DNA of 64,000 nt, taken from contig NIVC01001130.1 in NCBI GenBank assembly GCA_002269645.1, positions 248,001 to 312,000 on the forward strand, in the 5' to 3' direction. The stretch is from Macrostomum lignano (lineage: Eukaryota). This document shows positions 1 through 14,156 of the stretch, in pieces. Within the stretch, counting starts at the first letter, position 1. Every line of letters starts with the position of its first letter. Under the pieces are notes generated by a model. That model saw only the letters and a list, made by a program, of their open reading frames with translations. It made no database searches and had not been told where the DNA came from. The position numbers were made by a program, and so were the translations under genes.

Positions 1-1125
1 CACTTTGCCAAAGGACGAATGGAAAGGCTGCATGAGCACCAGTACTTCGAGGCCATGCCAGGTCCGGAAACCGAGCGGGTCATGTTTTTCTACAATGAGG
101 CTCGCGTGGACTGCCTGGCTCGCAGAGAGGAATGGCCTCTGGAGATGAAGGAGTACTTCGTCAATCGTCCTGATCGGCTGTACTTTCGACACACGGTATT
201 TTCGAAACGCGTGAAAAAGTTTGCTCCCCAAAGCGCCCCCGGTGAACACGAGGTGCGTCCGATCAGCAGAATCGAGGAGAAGTTCGCTCGCAATCCGAAT
301 GTTCCGGCCAACGAGGATGTTGCTGAGCGAATATTCGTACTGACAGAGGACCGCATTCAGCTGGTGTACCATACCGACTCCAGCAAGATCGCGGCCAGCA
401 CTCGCGAGTATATAAAGCCACCAAATGCTGACGAGAAAGGCACCGTGATTCTTCTACCGCCAGATAATCACAGCACCTTTCAGGTGGACCCGAATAGGTC
501 AAGCAAAAAGGAAGTCGAAGTCTACCAGCTCATGCTGGACCTTATCGCGATCGAGGAGAAAACCAAGGAGCGCGTGCGGGCCTCGGAGAAAGAGTCTCTC
601 GATATTCTCAATGCCCGATCGCGGGAGGAGGCCGACGCGGAGATGGAAATCAGCCTGTACGACACGGAGAGGAACGAGAAGGCGAAGAAGCACCGCGAAG
701 AGCTGGAGCGCCAGCGCCAGGAGGAACTGATGCGCAACCGCGAGCTGGAACTGGACTACTTGGCGCCGTTCCTTGCTCAGCTGGGCGAGCCAACCAAGAT
801 CACCAAAGAGATCGCGTTCGAGCTGCGCAAGGTCTGTCTGGAGGACTTCAAGCACCGCCTTATTGACATAGCCAATCTCATCCAGAGCCGCTTCGAGAGG
901 CAGAGCGCGGACCTGCAGAAGAAGCAGAGCTGGTACCAGCAGAATCAAGTTAACATGTCGAAGAACGATGAAGAGGAGTACCTGAAGTACTGCAGCGAGG
1001 CCATGTTCAAAATTCAGATCCTTGAGGAGATGCTGCAGCGACACAAGAATATGGCGCCGCACAAATTCCAAGCGCTGGAACTGAAGCTGCGGACCGATCC
1101 CAGGCTGCAGGAGTTCTTGAATTAG
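1..1125 (+). CDS. DRC7: Dynein regulatory complex subunit 7 (DRC7/CCDC135), C-terminal part. The frame is open from base 1, so the gene starts upstream of the window.
   Basis: Recognisable DRC7 C-terminal motifs (FYNEARVDCL, RPDRLYFR, EKFARNP..PANEDVAERIF, LDYLAPFL, CLEDFKHRLIDIANLIQSRFE, EAMFKIQILE). GC3-rich codons. TAG stop at 1123-1125. Confidence 0.85.
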   Translation, partial: HFAKGRMERLHEHQYFEAMPGPETERVMFFYNEARVDCLARREEWPLEMKEYFVNRPDRLYFRHTVFSKRVKKFAPQSAPGEHEVRPISRIEEKFARNPNVPANEDVAERIFVLTEDRIQLVYHTDSSKIAASTREYIKPPNADEKGTVILLPPDNHSTFQVDPNRSSKKEVEVYQLMLDLIAIEEKTKERVRASEKESLDILNARSREEADAEMEISLYDTERNEKAKKHREELERQRQEELMRNRELELDYLAPFLAQLGEPTKITKEIAFELRKVCLEDFKHRLIDIANLIQSRFERQSADLQKKQSWYQQNQVNMSKNDEEEYLKYCSEAMFKIQILEEMLQRHKNMAPHKFQALELKLRTDPRLQEFLN

Positions 1126-1772
1126 ACACAAACTGGCTTAACTCTTGATGTTGCTGATGGAACTTTCTGGGACACACTGTCTTTTTTAATTATTTCGTGT
1201 CATCAATTTCTCTAGCATATGTGCCCTTTGCTACTTATAAAAGTAGCTAGTGTACTTCGTATTTTTTACAGTTTCCGTCTAAAATTTTCATATATTTTAA
1301 ATAAGGAATGTAAGAATTGATGCTCGGAAGTGAACTGATCGACTATTATTAAATTTTTGTTTTCATAACTATTCTGTCAAAATATTTAAATAAAAATACT
1401 GAAAAAAATCGACTGTTTTACAAGCGTCCGCTTTAATTAAGAATTAAATCTTGCAGTCTTTCAACTTGCAGATAAATGCAGATCTTAGCTAGAGAAAAAG
1501 ATCGCAACACTTGTTGTAAAGATACTGCAGGACTGCATGTACTTTTAAATTTTCGCTGATAGAAAATGAAATGCAACACTACAGTGGAGTTAAAGTGCTT
1601 TGAACAAACCACTTCTTCAATTAGATATCAAATTTACAAATTTACTACAGCACGATTGTAAAATTCGTTTTTATTAAATGCTCAAAAAGTGTTACTATAA
1701 AATTAGGGCATAAAAGAGACTAACTGCTGGGCTTTTAACGGAATTAGCTTGGACCACGGGACTCTGGTAAAG

Positions 1773-3020
<1,248 letters not shown>

Positions 3021-3025
3021 GAACC

Positions 3026-3828
<803 letters not shown>

Positions 3829-4626
3829 ATCCATCCATTTACCTTCATAATATTTATAGTTTTCTTGATATACTCGTATAAACAGCGAAACCCATTTTGG
3901 CATAAATTATACACGAAGTAACGCAGTGGGATTTCGCTTTACAATAAATCAGGCACCCAATGTCCCTCGTGAATTCAGAAGCGCCCCCGCAGAAGCAGTT
4001 GCCGTAGTCGGGCCGAGATGCGCTTGATTCAAAAGTCGTAAAACTCTCTGGCAAACAGCAGTCGTCTTCAAAACAAAACCCGGCTAAGAAACCAGGGGGA
4101 AAGGCAAGAGATAAGCTTGAAAAAGCAAATAGACAAGAAAGAGAAGAGAGAAACGAGACTAAACTACGCCGGCACTCGAAACTCGCGCAGCTGCCGCCCA
4201 GATGAGATTCCGGATGAAGGGACGCTGAGGCTGAAGCCTCTCACATGGGCTTTGGCGGTCTGTTTTTTCTCCCTGAGAAGGACGGAAGGAAGGAAGGAAA
4301 GCATTTGGAATCCCGCATTCGTCTCCTGGATAGAGAGAAAAATGCTCTCGAGAATACGGCGCCAAACGGCGTCATGGGATCTTCTGCAAACTTCTAAACG
4401 CCCTACGTATTTCCCCATATTGAGCTTCACTATTCCTCTTTTAACACATATCGTCTTTTTTCTCCCGCCCGATTCCCGTTTAGCCAGGGTCCGGATTGGC
4501 TGCCGGCCATGCCAGCGGGTCTCACGAGCCAGTAAATATAAGAATAGAAGGAGCGCCAATGGCCTGCACTTCTAGATCAAAGAGCTGCTTGAGTTCAGAC
4601 TCAACCCACCAGCATTCCCAGCAGCA

Positions 4627-5902
4627 ATGGGCGCGTCCTTGTCAGCTTATTTGGCCCCTTGTCGGGTGCTGCTTCTCGGGCTGGACAACTGCGGCAAGAC
4701 CACCCTGCTGAGGCAGCTGGTTGCCAGGCACACCTCTGCAGCTGGCGGGACGGGTTCGTCAAAATCAATGTCGGCTTTGGCGACGGCGTCAGACGAAGAC
4801 GAAGCGGCGGCGATGTCGGCAGCGGCGGAGGCCAGCGATACGCGTCGAGTTCTGCCAACTCTCGGCCACTCGTCCGAGATTGTCCGGTTGCCGCAGGGTG
4901 GCCCCGATCTGGTGCTTACAGAGGTAGACTATGGATCAAGGAGATGATCAGGGAGATGATCAGGGAGATGATCAGGGAGGTGATCAGTGAGATGATCAGG
5001 GAGATGATCAGGGAGGTGATCAGGGAGATGATCAGGGAGATGATCAGGGAGATGATCAGGGAGATGATCAGGGAGATGATCAGGGAGATGATCAGGGAGA
5101 TGATCAGGGAGATGATCAGGGAGATGATCAGGGAGATGATCAGGGAGATGATCAGGGAGATGATCAGGGAGATGATCAGGGAGGTGATCAGGGAGATGAT
5201 CAGGGAGGTGATCAGGGAGATGATCAGGGAGATGATCAGGGAGATGATCAGGGAGAGGATCAGGGAGATGATCAGGGAGGTGATCAGGGAGATGATCAGG
5301 GAGATGATCAGGGAGAGGATCAGGGAGATGATCAGGGAGATGATCAGGGAGATGATCAGGGAGAGGATCAGGGAGATGATCAGGGAGATGATCAGGGAGA
5401 GGATCAGGGAGATGATCAGAGAGATGATCAGGGAGGTGATCAGGGAGATGATCAGGGAGATGATCAGGGCGATGATCAGGGCGATGATCAGGGAAATGAT
5501 CAGGGAGATGATCATGAGACGAGTTCCTGCCCTCAGGTCGGTGGCAGTAGGGTCTACCGCGACTTCTGGCGCTACCACGCGCGCCTAGTCGAAGGCGTCG
5601 TATTCGTCGTCGACAGCAACGATCCGGCTAGGCTGGAGGAGGCCCGCCGCTTCCTGTTCGAGGTGGCCACCAGCTGGGAGCTGCTCGGCGCCCCCGTGCT
5701 GGTGTTGGCAAACAAGCAGGACCTGCCGTTCGCTCTGCCCGGCTGGCAGGTGGCGGCCCGGCTGCAGACCGAGCTGCTGGAGCGGCTGGGCCATCCGACT
5801 CACGTCCACCGGACCGTGGGCCTCACCGGGGACGGCCTGGTGACGGCGCTGCACGTCCTGGCAAAGTTCATCAGGCAGAGGAGACGCTCGCCGCCCTGTT
5901 GA
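4627..5902 (+). CDS. Arf/Arl-family small GTPase. Exons 4627-4923 and 5537-5902.
   Basis: MGASLS myristoylation motif; G1 GLDNCGKTT; LPTLG switch I. Splicing GAG|gtagac ... ccctcag|GTCGGT joins in frame to give LTEVGGSRVYRDFWRY, then VFVVDS, G4 ANKQD and TGDGL. Confidence 0.88.
4941..5514. repeat. 12-bp minisatellite (GAGATGATCAGG)n, about 47-48 units, filling the Arl intron
   Basis: Direct reading, with occasional single-base variants. Confidence 0.98.
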
Positions 5903-5998
5903 GACAGCAGGGGCTTTGATTCAGTTGCTGGACAAGTTTCAATTCCCGTAATGCAACCGGCGGCTCTTGCGAAATCATACCCTGTGATTCGGTTCTTG

Positions 5999-6486
5999 CG
6001 TGACAGGCTCGATTGGGTCCGGCTATGGAGTGTGACAGGCTCGATTGGGTCCGGCTATGGAGTGTGACAGGCTCGATTGGTTTGGTTATAGAGTGTGACA
6101 GGCTCGATTGGTTCCAGATATGGAGTGTGACAGGCTCGATTGGGTCCGGCTATGGAGTGTGACAGGCTCGATTGGGTTGGTTATGGAGTGTGACAGGCTC
6201 GATTGGTTTGGTTATGGAGTGTGACAGGCTCGATTGGTTCCAGATATGGAGTGTGACAGGCTCGATTGGGTCCAGATATGGAGTGTGACAGGCTCGATTG
6301 GGTCCAGTTATGGCGTGTGACAGGCTCGATTGGGTCCAGATATGGAGTGTGACAGGCTCGATTGGGTCCGGTTATGGAGTGTGACAGGCTCGATTGGGTC
6401 TGGCTATGGAGTGTGATAGGCTCGATTGGGTCTGGCTATGGAGTGTGACAGGCTCGATTGGGTCCGGCTATGGAGTGTGACAGGCT
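5999..6486. repeat. 32-bp minisatellite (GTGACAGGCTCGATTGGGTCCGGCTATGGAGT), about 15 units
   Basis: GACAGGCTC recurs at 6002, 6034 and onward. Confidence 0.97.
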
Positions 6487-8554
6487 GCTCTCTGCTCGGT
6501 GTATTATTCATTTTAGCTACCAGTTTACCTGTCACGGGACATAAATGCACCTAAAACTAAAACCCTTTCTATTCACTTATACTAGTACAGGTAAATTTAA
6601 AAATGTGTCATTCGTGTGTCCCCATCTGCTATAGTGGTTACGACGCCAACTAAATAGACTGATTCAGAACTCATTCCAATTTCTATTATATTATACAGGA
6701 GCCACTTTAAGTCAACGTGAAAGTCAGAAGTGAAATATTGTAAAAAAAAATTAAATGAATCCCAGCTGCTGTACTTTATTTCGAAAAGCCAGAATCTAGT
6801 CAGAATATCTTTTGCATACCTTGGCTTTCTTCTAGAAGAAGACGAGGCTAGAAGATTTGCAACCAACTGCAATGTGGCAGACGTAAGACGGGATTAGGCT
6901 AATTCTGTGAGACGCTGCCTTATCTCGTCAGCCATGGCTGTCTAGGATCTCATTTCCTCATCTTTTTCTCGCCTCCTTCTTTTCCTGCGCTTCTGGCAGT
7001 TGAGAACGGAACTGAGGTATTGCAATTCACTGGCTTGTACATAAGTCTTTTGCACCCGAAGCAAATACATGCTATATTTGTGTTGACAGCATTAAAATTA
7101 ATTAATATACAGCTACCAAAGCAGATGGACTTGTCGAAGTGTGACTGTTTTAATTGTAGTAGGGGTTTAGTTCAAGCAGTTTTGCTAAAGGCGTTTGCCA
7201 TTCGTCGGGATGAATTATTTTAGTAGCATGAAATCGAGAATAAGCAGTTTTGCTTTTACGCTACTGACAGTAGTTCACCCTCGGGGAAATATCTGAAGTT
7301 GTGGGAATTCGAGTCTTAGCGTATTCCTCCATTAGTAAAAGGCTGTTTAGCCTCGGGAAAAGCATCCGTTCGGGACAATCAGTCAAGGATCCGTTCAGGA
7401 CCGTCCATCAGGACAATATTTCAGAGCCCAAGTCTCAAGCATAAATCGGAAACATAAGGGAGTCTCCCCTTTTGTAAAAGGAAAAATTATAAAATCTAAG
7501 AACATAAGAATCAAGGGTAAGTCCAGGGTAAAATAGGGAGGCTAAGGAGTCTACCACTTAGTCAAAACGGAGTCTACCGAAGAATAGGAATAAATTAGGT
7601 AACATAGGGAAAGACTAAAGGAGTCTACCATTGGTCTAAATAAGAAATCGGAGTCTACCGATGTGCTAACATAGGGCCTAATTGTGTACTTTCTTTTGCA
7701 TATTTGGTTTAATAATATTTCTTTTGTTTGCTTGATTTAAAAAATCTTATATGAAATTGACTCTTGTCTCACTTATTTTAATTTAACATTAATTATAAGG
7801 GGCATTAGTCTGGTGGCAGCGACCTACCAAATAAAAGTACGTAATAGCAGATTAGGTAGAGCAAAGTAACCTAGATCGTAACAACTATTCATTCAAGTTA
7901 AGGTAGCTAGTAAATCTTCTAGCTTAATCTAAGCCCGGAGTCTCTCGAGCTCCAAAAAGAAACCAGTAAACCAGTAGCCTAAACCGCAGGTACCACGCTT
8001 GTCCATAATGAAATTTGTATATTTGAAATCGAGCGGAGTTGATCCTTTAAGACCTGACTAATTGGACTTGAAGTAAGGGAGCGGTCGTTATCGAGGTCTC
8101 CCGACCCAAGGGCTCGTTATTTTACTGGTAGTAATAATTCCTATCGCTGAAAACGAAAAAAAATCTTTTCAAATTCCAATTTTGCATCAAAGTACATTTG
8201 TGGGACTGTCGTTTCTAGCATTAAAAACGACGATTTCGTCATTTGACGGATGACGAAAAAATGACGGAATTTACGCTCGTACGAAAACTTTGAAGAAAGA
8301 AAACGGTCTATGTTTTAAAAGTAGATCACGCAACGTTTAGATTACGAGTGTGGATGTCTTTTATACGAGGGGTGTTCCATAAGTACTTATACTTTTGCAT
8401 GCTGCTCATGAACAACGCAATCAATCATTACAAGTTAGGTGTCTCTGGAAAGCGGCTTTTCCCTTCTACAATTTGCTACCAGAATCATTTGGTTCCGTCA
8501 GTTTTATCAAAAGTTACAACTACATATATAACAAAAGGTCACCCATAGGAAGCA

Positions 8555-8741
8555 CAAGGAGTTCTATAATTAGCAACCTGGAGTGGAAACGTGTTTCAGT
8601 TTTACCTCATGAGGCCAGACTAGCATAGGCAGAGTCAGACAGAGCCATAGATATTCAGTGCTAGCCTTATCTTTACAATTGGCGTGGCCTCATGAGGTAA
8701 AACTCGCTTCCACTCCAGGTTGCTAATTATAGAACTCCTTG
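8555..8741. mobile_element. Short foldback/MITE-like element with about 70-bp imperfect inverted arms
   Basis: CAAGGAGTTCTATAATTAGCAACCTGGAGTGGAA pairs with TTCCACTCCAGGTTGCTAATTATAGAACTCCTTG, and AGTTTTACCTCATGAGGCCA pairs with TGGCCTCATGAGGTAAAACT. Flanks are AGCA and AGTA. Confidence 0.7.
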
Positions 8742-8832
8742 AGTAAGCAGCAAACAATTATCAGATATTCTATAGCTAATTCTAAAAATTATTCGCAGTG
8801 TCCGAGCACGCGCCACATTAAAGCATTCAACA

Positions 8833-10572
8833 ATGCGGAACTTGGCGCAGAGCCTGGACTTCTTCGCCATTAATCTGTGCTTTACAGTTGGCTATTTTGA
8901 CATCTTTAAGTTCCCACTGAGCTCAAACGGGCTGGGCGGCGCCACCTTTGTTGGAGTCTACGCCGCCGTCATGCTCCTGTACGGCATTCCGGCATTCGCC
9001 GACGAGGTCGCCTACCTCATGCCGTGGGACTGCGGCTCTTGCAGCCCGGCTACGCGGAAGTGGCTTCGCAGCTACGAGCTCATCGCCCTGATGCAAGCTA
9101 TTCAAGTTTCTATTGGCGAGGCCGAGGAGAAGCTCAACTTGGCTACTGCTCAGCTATTCACTCTGGCTAACTCTGGCTCAAATAGTCTTCGAATGCTCCC
9201 ATTTTATTCGAAAAACTGTCGGCTACTGGACACCTCCATGACTATCGGACGATTATCGGACGAAAACACGCTGGAGATGCTGGTGCAGCCTTCTTGCATG
9301 AGACGGCCTCGAAACGAGATCGGCTGCCTAATGCAGCTGCTGTTTGCGAATCCCAGTGCAGTCCTATTCTACACTTGTATTATGCTTTCGCTAGTAGTAA
9401 TTTCCTACTTTATTATATTTGGCCGTTCACTGCGAACCTACGGAAAAATCGGTGGGATCTACATAGCACTGGTTGTGCTGTGCATTGCCACTCTGCTGCT
9501 CCACTTTGTTGGGAAGAGCAGGACGGAAGTTGGCGCGCACGATACCAGCTCAGCGCTCGCCACAATGGAAACTACGTTCGCCGGCGCGCTCGTGCTCTGC
9601 ATGCACAGTCTCGGCCTGGCCAACTTTCAAATTAGCGCCATTGGCGGCCGAGCCAATCAGGATGCAAAGCGGAGTTACGTGTCCCTGAGTATCTGCGTCT
9701 GCCTTGCCGACTCGGCGATTTCTGTCGCCTTCACCGGTCTGAGTCACCTAGTCAAATATTCTGTCGTCAAGCTCTGCAACGAGTCTAGCGGAGGCCAATT
9801 CGACTTTGACAGCTACATGTCGTTTCCCGACATGACCGATAAGCTGAGAAACGGCAGCCTCAGTACCCCAGTTTCCGTGTCGGTAATGCAGGGCGCGATG
9901 CAGCTGGCCGAGTCGGTGCTGATGTTCTACGAGACTAGCGGCTTTGTACCATACACCGTTTTCTTACCTTTTAAGGTTGTATTTTCTGGGGGGGGGCTTT
10001 TGTTGTGCCATTAAATTGGTTAAATCACACACATTCATTCGCCATCTAAATGATCTTTTCAGGGAATAATCCTGATGTTCAGCGTATTTCTGATTTGCAT
10101 TCAATTCGTCATAAGCGACCTGCAGGCGATCAGACTGTTCCGCTGTTCGTGGGCAGTGCTCAGCCTGGCGGCGGTGCGGTTTGCCCCGCTGGCTGGAGTC
10201 ACCCTGCTCAGAATGTTCGGCCAGCTGACCAGACTGCCCAGGTACATGCTGCTCGGCGCACCCATCGCTTTCTTTCTGGTAAAGCTTTTCGAGTGCGTTA
10301 CGATTCACCTCGGAAAGGGATTCTCAAGCTACATCCATGATCGCCGGACTCTTCTGAACGAGAAGCAAACGGTGCCGCTGTTCATCTTCAACTGGTACCT
10401 GGCGCCAAGCATGGTATTCCTGTACAACTTCGGCTACCCGGCTGCTTGCGTGGTGTTTATCATCACGGACCAAAAGGAAATGTTAACAATTGGATTCTGC
10501 GTCTGCTTCCTGCTGCTAAACGCTTTGCCAATTGTTCTCACCATTGTAGTTGTGCATGTCTATTGGACCTAA
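8833..10572 (+). CDS. Divergent SLC6 (sodium:neurotransmitter symporter)-fold membrane protein. Probable exons 8833-9975 and 10063-10572.
   Basis: The N-terminus FTVGYFDIFKFP..GLGGATFVGVYAAVMLLYGIPAF aligns with SLC6 TM1-TM2 (AVGLGNVWRFP..GGGAFL.PY...L..GIPLF). Many hydrophobic helices follow. A phase-0 intron (AAG|gttgta ... cttttcag|GGA) joins the two ORFs, but the donor is weak. Confidence 0.7.
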
Positions 10573-11199
10573 TTAGGGTGTTGACTGTTTTTTTTGTTTT
10601 GAAAACGAATCAATTATGCCGAATAAAAGCACCCCCCCTAAACAAAATTCCATTTTTTTGTCCAAATTGTTTTTGCGTCTATTAATTACGCTACGTCTGC
10701 AGCAGAAACAGTTCATAGTCTGGAGTGAAGTAGTGTGACGCTATGCATGAGATAGAGCACGTTCGGTCCCGAATTTTAAAATCCGACTGGAGCATTCACA
10801 GACTAATAATTTTTCTATATAATTAATAATTTTTTGTCATCTTTTATTTGTTTTTTTGTTGTTTTATTTGATTTTTGAGGTTGCAATTTGTTTTATACAG
10901 GGAAATGTGTTTTGGTATGCTTTTGTGGCCTCGCTCTTATCCTCAGGATTTTGCAATCTAGCGATCATGTTATTTAGCTCTTTGCTTTCAATTTTTCAAG
11001 GTGTAAGATCCGACAAAATTTCTTGTGGTTTAGAGTACGTAGCTTTTTAAAAAGTTGCGTAGCTTTGCGCGTAGTTTCTCAAAAGTTTTTGTCCAGATCG
11101 CATTGTAAATTGTTTTCATTCTGCTTTGTTTTTTTGATACAAAAGATTTACTTCCAAGACAGAGTTCTTATAGGAAATGCCAAAAACAAAGGAATGATT

Positions 11200-12700
11200 T
11201 TTATAGGGGGAGAATAGAGGTGACCGACGGGGAACTAACGCGTCTGTCTTGCCTAAGCTCCCGGAGCAAGCGACAACATAAATTCTGGGCCATGCAGTGT
11301 ACGGGAGTTTACCGGGATATTGTTGGGACCAGCTGCTTGCCACCTAGATAGCTGCGGCTCGCCCGAATTTGCTAAAGCGCCAAGAAGTTCTCTCCGACTA
11401 ACTAAAAGAAGAGCCACCAGTTGATGTTGTTCTGCAGCTCTATTAGTCAGCACTGTGATGGAAAACACTGCCACAAATTCGGCTAGTATGGCCCGAGTTG
11501 AATGACACGCGCAGGTCAGAACACACGTCCTTGAGGCAACCCTAAGCCCTAGCAGCTATTCTATACGTGAGCGAGGTAGCAAGGAAACGAAGGACGGGCA
11601 CTGGTGAGCAAGTGGCAGGAAATGAGCTGGGATAGAATCGAACGCCGCTCCAACAATTGAATTAGAGTCGCTGCGCGTGGGATTATAGAGCTCCGCTATG
11701 GGTGATGAGCTTGCCAGAAGTTCGGCCCGGTGCCGCGCGCCAAGACTCCAGATTTTTATTCGTCAACTTTTCTTCTCTTACGCAAAACCTGATTCGATTT
11801 TCAATGAGCGGCCCAGACTGCCGCATAGTTTTCTTATCTCTTTCGCTCTAGCTGTTCCATGTATTTCCTTTAGCTCGTAGATCTCTACCCCAGCGCGTGA
11901 CTGGTTAGTGACGAATCCAGTGCTGCTTTATTGATGGGATGTCGCGCTGGCGTCACTGTGATATCCTTAGTATCTTTTAGGCTATCCAATCATCTTTATA
12001 TATATATTTTCTAACTCTGTGACGTCAATGTTTCTCTCCGTATGCCGAGATGTCTTCTGACTTTAGTAAAAAGAATTTGATACGTTCTGCTCACTGAGGA
12101 GCAACGTAAGCTTATAAAGCAAAGAGCGATTTTGCATTTTAATTCATTTTTTCGAACTTATTACATATGACTGTTACATCAATATACTAGAACTTCTAGA
12201 TCCATGAAGCGGGAGAAAGTGACTAAGGTTCTTAAAGCGTTAAGATTCCACCAAATTTCATGCAGACTAGCGAGGATTCCAAGCTAAACAGCGCAAGAAC
12301 ACGCGCCGAGAGTCTGTTTCCACTAACGTACTCTTGGGTCGTTGTTGAAGTATAAAATTTTGTGCAACTTCAATACGAGCAGCTCAAATAGCGTGCGCTT
12401 CTGATCTGCCTGCCTTTCTTCAAATTCTCCTCGATTGCCCAGCTGTTGGATTAGCTGTGGAGATATCCACTTCTCATTTGCTCCACTCCATTTCACCTCG
12501 CCAATAATTCACTTTCATTGGCGTTCCATGGCAATACTCCGTCGCTTCTCGTCAAGTGTTCTTTGCACAGTGGACAGCAGGAGAGAAAAAGAAGGCTAGC
12601 TTCCTCAAGTCCGCCGAACCACTGAAATTTTAGTCCAACTTTATAAGAAAAGCACTTTAATAATCGCTTCATGTATACGACATGGGGCCTATATATCAGA
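11200..12700 (-). pseudogene. Highly degenerate non-LTR retrotransposon remnant (approximate limits)
   Basis: Minus-strand QLSRWQAAGPNNIP resembles the pre-RT motif K...KAAGPDGIP, and a frameshifted GG(D)LNA-like APE motif lies near 12235. Many stops. Confidence 0.3.
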
Positions 12701-14156
12701 ATAGCAGCGTCTGTGGATAGAAGACTTGATAAACAATATTTGCCCAGAAAGGTTTACACCTGTCTGAAAGCGTGTTGAGGTTCGGCTGCTGAGAACTAAA
12801 CTATGAAGGTAAGCACAACAAGCTGGTCAGTAGGGGGCATAATTTAATATTTTGTGAAAATATCGGCAGCAGTAGCCAAAAAGAAGGTGCAACAGGTTCC
12901 GGATCAGCCAGCGACTCTGTGTGCTAGCTGAGCCACTGGGGGTGTTTGATCCTAAGATTCCACTTAGGCAACTTAGGAGTGGCTTGTTTTATAAAGATAA
13001 AAGTGTGCCTTAGCTGGGAACCAACTTAGGTGTAACCAAGAGTGAGAAAAGACTGAACTTATGGCTGAGGCACAGATTCTATATTACCTAGATGTGTCTC
13101 TGCAGCATTGTCGACTGATTTTCCATGCAAGAATGGCATTCTCGCACTCTTTTGCGTGCAGGAATGGATGTCTATGGTAAAATCTCACTGAAAAAGCATT
13201 AGGCGCAGAAATGCATTCCTGCACGGTTTTGTGCAGGAATGCACGTTGAATCATCCGACAATGGAATTCCTTCACGTTCACTCGTGCGTGAAGGACATCG
13301 TGCACTCGTGCGCTAGCGCGCACTCGTGCAGATGTCATTCCCGCACTCGTGACCGTGCAGGAATATATCATTCGCTAGTGTATTTAGCGGTGGTAGTGCG
13401 CTACGCGCACTATGGTTGCGCTTTATGGTAGTGCGCTACGCGCACTCGTGTTTCAGCCATTGACGCACTTGTCAGCGTGCTAGATTCCTCCATTCGCTAG
13501 TGTATTTAGCGGCCGTCTCCGAGGCACCGAAACCCCCGGGGTTAGGGCCATAGACACTGGCTGCTGCTAATGTCTTGAGAGCAGCAGAAGCTACAGTCTA
13601 TGGTCAAAACCCACAAAACAGCTTGTTGTTCGGCTGGAGAGACCCATCTAAGGGTAATATAAATCTGTGGGTCGCTCTTCCTTAGGCGGAGACCTGAAAA
13701 AACTCAAGGGGGACAAAGCGCATTTCGCCAAAATGCAGAGCCACCTTCTGCGCCCCTCTCTTGGGTCTTTACCCTCCATAATCCGCCCCCTCAACAAATT
13801 TCTGGTTGCACCACTGATAGAACACACTCATGACTGAGTCCTTAGTTTGAACTTAAGTTGAAACTTAAGAGTCAGTCTTAGGACAGTTTTCGAAACAACC
13901 CTCAGGCACATAAACATAAAATTAGGCTATTTTCTATGCTGCATCTTTCACAACAAAAAATTTTCGCATCCTATCGGCTAAGAAGTTAAGTGTGAAGTTT
14001 TTTATTATTTAGAGTCCATCCAAACTCCAGTATACTTTGGTAACCTTGAGTATATCCAGTTAAATTTCGGAAGCCAATACCGTAAGCGCGCGGCACTCGA
14101 GCAAATGTAGGTGAAGTTTATTTAAAACGTTATTAAAGAATTATTTGATTTTTCAG

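Noticed and set aside
499-1131. 210-aa minus-strand ORF
   Set aside because: Antisense shadow of GC3-rich DRC7.
4659-5588. 309-aa REMI-repeat ORF and 220-aa LIIS-repeat antisense ORF
   Set aside because: Stop-free readings of the 12-bp intronic minisatellite.
6597-7010. Possible Harbinger-type transposase N-terminal remnant
   Set aside because: Only vague resemblance, several stops, no catalytic motifs or TIRs.
13136-13450. CRISPR array
   Set aside because: Eukaryotic context, repeats not identical, no cas genes. Kept only as a hairpin array.
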